From: Octopus bimaculoides
Taxonomy: Eukaryota
Direction of reading: 5' to 3'
NCBI RefSeq assembly: GCF_001194135.2
Contig: NC_068983.1
Coordinates: 4,632,397-4,684,782, forward strand
Length of the DNA: 52,386 bases
Of this stretch, positions 48,251 through 52,386 are shown one piece after another. The translations under genes and the position numbers were made by a program. Each line of letters opens with the position of its first letter. The stretch's first letter is position 1. A model generated the notes under the pieces. The model was not told the DNA's origin. It searched no databases and saw nothing but the letters and a program-made list of their open reading frames with translations.

Positions 48251-49416
48251 TTTAGTAGCATATCTTCCTTATTGCAGCACCCCAACCCTTCTTCTGTCCT
48301 GCCCCCTCTCCCTCACCTCTCTCGACCATTTTCCTAGTTATAAACCATCTCTCTTTGTGGAATGACTAAACAAGTCTCTTAATTATGTTCAAGGCATCTT
48401 CAGACCTTTTAGTGTTGCAGTTAAATGCGGCCCATTTGTTTGAATGTTCAAAAATCAAGGCTGATTTGCCTTGCTTTACTTATTTTCTTTGGTGCCGCCA
48501 CAATCTCTGACCAAAATTTATAATTGGTTAATGTGCTTGTGAAGCTTTCGGACCAACTGATTGTGCCTCTGCTCAGCAAGTCATTTATTATTAAAAGAAA
48601 ATTTTTTTTTTTAATTTTTTTTTTTTTTTTCCTGTTTCTGTTTTACAAGAAATTTGTTATCAGATCTGTTCAAGCTATTTCTCGTCTTAGGTTTGCCAGA
48701 CGGAGTTTGATTGCTTGTGTAAATGGTATTGTGATAACTCTGATTGTGAAGTTCTCAAATATTTAGATATTGAGCCAACATCATTATCCCAAATATTTAC
48801 GGAAAAAAAAAACAACAAAAAAATCCTGTCTTAAATTAACAAGAAACAAAGTAAATTTCTTTAAAGCATTATTTAGCTTCAGGGATTCTCTCTCTCTCTC
48901 TCTCTCTCCCCTCATTACAAATATATTTCATTCAGTATGAAGCCACTGATATGGTGAGTATCACATCCTGACAAAGGCTTCTACAAACTCGAGCAGCTGC
49001 TCTCTCTCTCTCTCTCAATGTCTCTCATCAAATGTCAATAGAAACCCAACTGCTCTCATTTCAAACAACACAACTGTAAATATCTTTTATTTTAATTAAA
49101 ACAAATAATCCAATTATATATATTCTCAGTCTTTTAACTCTTCAGCTGCTTTAAGGGGTCACTCTATTAAACACAACTGCGGGGAGCTTACTCTTTATCT
49201 CAAAGGACACCAGAGTCTAGAAGAAGTGTGTATGATTTATTCCCATCAACCACAAAACTAATGGGGCTTTTTCTTTGTTTTTTTAAATTTTATTTTTGAT
49301 TTAATCCCCTGCAGACATTGCTAAAAATTTTGGGGACATTTAATGCAATTTGAAATATGCACTCAGTGGTTTTACTTACTCAGAGTTTCACTTGTGTTTA
49401 TGTATTCATATGTATG

Positions 49417-49466
<50 letters not shown>

Positions 49467-50399
49467 NNNNNNNNNNNNNNNNNNNNNNNNNNNNNNNNNN
49501 NNNNNNNNNNNNNNNNNNNNNNNNNNNNNNNNNNNNNNNNNNNNNNNNNNNNNNNNNNNNNNNNNNNNNNNNNNNNNNNNNNNNNNNNNNNNNNNNNNNN
49601 NNNNNNNNNNNNNNNNNNNNNNNNNNNNNNNNNNNNNNNNNNNNNNNNNNNNNNNNNNNNNNNNNNNNNNNNNNNNNNNNNNNNNNNNNNNNNNNNNNNN
49701 NNNNNNNNNNNNNNNNNNNNNNNNNNNNNNNNNNNNNNNNNNNNNNNNNNNNNNNNNNNNNNNNNNNNNNNNNNNNNNNNNNNNNNNNNNNNNNNNNNNN
49801 NNNNNNNNNNNNNNNNNNNNNNNNNNNNNNNNNNNNNNNNNNNNNNNNNNNNNNNNNNNNNNNNNNNNNNNNNNNNNNNNNNNNNNNNNNNNNNNNNNNN
49901 NNNNNNNNNNNNNNNNNNNNNNNNNNNNNNNNNNNNNNNNNNNNNNNNNNNNNNNNNNNNNNNNNNNNNNNNNNNNNNNNNNNNNNNNNNNNNNNNNNNN
50001 NNNNNNNNNNNNNNNNNNNNNNNNNNNNNNNNNNNNNNNNNNNNNNNNNNNNNNNNNNNNNNNNNNNNNNNNNNNNNNNNNNNNNNNNNNNNNNNNNNNN
50101 NNNNNNNNNNNNNNNNNNNNNNNNNNNNNNNNNNNNNNNNNNNNNNNNNNNNNNNNNNNNNNNNNNNNNNNNNNNNNNNNNNNNNNNNNNNNNNNNNNNN
50201 NNNNNNNNNNNNNNNNNNNNNNNNNNNNNNNNNNNNNGAAGAGCATACAAATTCAAATGGCTATCGGTAATAAAGAACAACACACCCAGCAAATTTCCTA
50301 CTTACCAATTAGACCACCCACTCCCAACCAACAAAGAACTCAACCACAAACTATCCAGATTGAAACAGTCTATCTCCAACATCTTAAGGAATTAATCGA

Positions 50400-50520
50400 A
50401 AATAATCCCAAACTTAACCAAGGTGCAACATAGAACCTTGACAAAACTAAAAAACAAAAACCTTGTATAGTTACCATCAGATAAAGGAAAAGAAATCTGC
50501 GTGATTTCTTGTGAAATATC
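50400..50520 (+). pseudogene. Penelope-like element RT N-terminal relic
   Basis: IIPNLTKVQHRTLTKLKNKNLV*LPSDKGKEICVI resembles the PLE NLT..E...L..L......P(A/S)DKG motif; contains a stop. Confidence 0.55.
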
Positions 50521-52029
50521 TGATAGACTGGCACAAGACAGAGTGCATCATGCTCCAGTCATCTGTTTTGGCAGGGTTTCTATGGATGGATGCCCTTTCT
50601 AAAGCTAATCACTTTACAGAGTGTATTCGGGTGCTTTATTTTTATGTTACCAACAACACTGAGGTTGTTATGTAGCTCACAAAACTAAGGTTCCTTTTGA
50701 CTGAGTGGAGCTAGAGGAGAGAGAGGGGCAGCTTTATGCTATGGGATGTGGGGTAAAGTGAGAGGGAAGGGGCCAAAACATATCAGGTGTCTTTCTGTGG
50801 GAGTGGCAATAGTGGAACAGGAAAGAGATGAAAATAATGTTGATGTGGGTGCACCCTTAAGATATGAGGCGAGAGGGGACAGGAGAACAAGAAGTATGTG
50901 GGAATAATAATAATAATTAATACGTACCATTGTTAACTCTAATCAGATATTACAAGAAAAACTCTGATATTGCTATTAAACAGGCAAGACATGTGGTGCC
51001 ACTTTCAAACATGGAATTTACAATTCAAACATAATTTCAGAATTTGTTAAAGTAAAGAAGAGATTAAGAAGAGAAGTTGTACATAAAGTCCCTTACAGTT
51101 GTTTCTAGGATAGCCGTGCATATGTCACATATGTCATTGAGCAAAAGTTTCCATATGAGAGTCGAGAATTAAAGAATAACCTTAATAAAAGATATTAGTG
51201 GTTACCAGTTCTGTTGTCAAAAAGAGAGAAGTAGATTATGAGGAACACAAGACAGTATAAGAGGAAGTGGTAAATGCTTCAGAGTCAATAGAAGTAACTG
51301 GTCTAGAGAAAGCTTTGGTGCCTGATGCAGCTTGGACTTGTTGCATCTAATTTTAGACACAAGGCCTGCAATTTTGAGGTAGAGTTGATAACGTCACCCG
51401 ATGTACGTAACTGATACTTTATGTAGTTAAAGATGCATCTTTGAAAATTTGGTGGAGTCATGGTTGGAAGTTCTTTCATCATAGATCTACTGAATTCATA
51501 TTCAAAACACAATAATCATACTGGGAGCGGAGTGGGCTGGGTTTACTATACTTAACCATTTTGGTAGTTCATTGTTTTGAATGGATTGAAAACCTTTTGT
51601 GATCCTGGAAGTATCCATGACAACTCATTCCAAGTGTATTCAGCTCAGATCTCGAAGACTGTTCCAGGTGAAACCTACAGAGGAGCACATTTGCAGTGGT
51701 ACCTCTGCTGCTGCTTCCACTACTATTACTACTACTACTTGCATTCGATATCACCATCCAGAGAAAGGTCACTCATCTACCCACTACAATATCTGGTCCA
51801 CCAACATGCTGTATCCTCTCACTTCTTTTCCTACTGATACTACAATGGTCTCTGCTCCTTGGTACTAACTGGTCTCGTACCATCTCCACTCTGGCTCTTA
51901 CTCTTTCATTTCTCCATCTCCTGTCATCACCAATGTTATGTGTAACCAGAAACCATGCCAAAACAGGTGACTGGGGCCTGGTACTGCTCTTTGGCTTGCC
52001 AACTCCTGTCAAACCGTCCAACATGGAAA

Positions 52030-52386
52030 ACTTGTTATAAAGAGAATGAATGGGAGAAAGAGAGCCTGCCGTATGTCGACCCAATAGAGGGACCAGCTAT
52101 CCGAGTTGATAGTACCAGGGTAGATAAAGCAATTAAGAGTATGAAGACCGGGAAAGCCCCCGGCCCATCAGGAATCACTGCAGAGATGCTCAAAATATCT
52201 GGCAGTGTTGGATATAGCCTAGTCACCTGTATTACGAACCAGGTGATACACGAAGGAGTCATACCCAATGACTGGTGTAGCAGCATCATAATCAACTGCT
52301 ACAAAGGTAAAGGGGACGCTTTAGATACAAATAATTACAGAGGCATCAAGCTGTTAGATCAGGTTATGAAAGTTACAGAGAGGGTC
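52030..52386 (+). mobile_element. RTE-clade LINE ORF2 fragment running off the window end
   Basis: Stop-free frame ENEWEKESLP...KAIKSMKTGKAPGPSGITAEMLK...IPNDWCSSIIINCYKGKGDALDTNNYRGIKLLDQVMKVTERV, the RT N-terminal motifs of RTE. Confidence 0.92.

Noticed and set aside
49343-50433. 280-360 aa ORFs in the track
   Set aside because: Almost entirely the 771-nt N gap plus (TA)n.
644-52295. Remaining short ORFs in the track
   Set aside because: Most overlap SINE/RTE repeats or microsatellites, several start at non-ATG codons, and none shows a recognisable domain beyond those listed.
1-52386. CRISPR arrays, rRNA, prokaryotic operons
   Set aside because: No regularly spaced repeat-spacer array or rRNA-like sequence; the window is a spliced eukaryotic locus.

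Overview
AT-rich animal genomic DNA from a draft assembly (five N gaps). The repeat families look like those of Octopus or a related coleoid cephalopod (inference from recognition, not a search). The + strand carries 11 coding exons, from the second exon to the stop, of the cytoplasmic dynein 1 light intermediate chain gene (DYNC1LI1/2, Dlic): 3046-3119, 5886-6002, 9094-9324, 29344-29537, 33095-33188, 36207-36342, 37918-38029, 39455-39556, 41069-41176, 43133-43211, 45054-45175. These splice into one open frame with a P-loop (GDTESGKT) and the adaptor-binding helix (EGMLANFFNSLL). The first exon was not found in the window, so exon numbers assume one upstream coding exon. Introns are packed with tRNA-derived SINEs, RTE LINE tails, mariner relics, hAT/piggyBac/pogo-like MITEs and Penelope-like fragments. 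Most interesting: (1) a tRNA-headed SINE carrying a minimal hammerhead-ribozyme core, with both copies mutated; (2) a GT-AG U12-type intron 6, plus a second U12-type donor motif overlapping the intron-2 donor; (3) a 308-nt near-perfect hairpin whose right arm can instead pair with a third copy across exon 8, whose skipping gives a shifted frame open to the last exon; (4) a repeat-poor 3' region with a textbook minus-strand poly(A) site. All functional readings are untested inference; coordinates of repeat ends are approximate unless a TSD is given.
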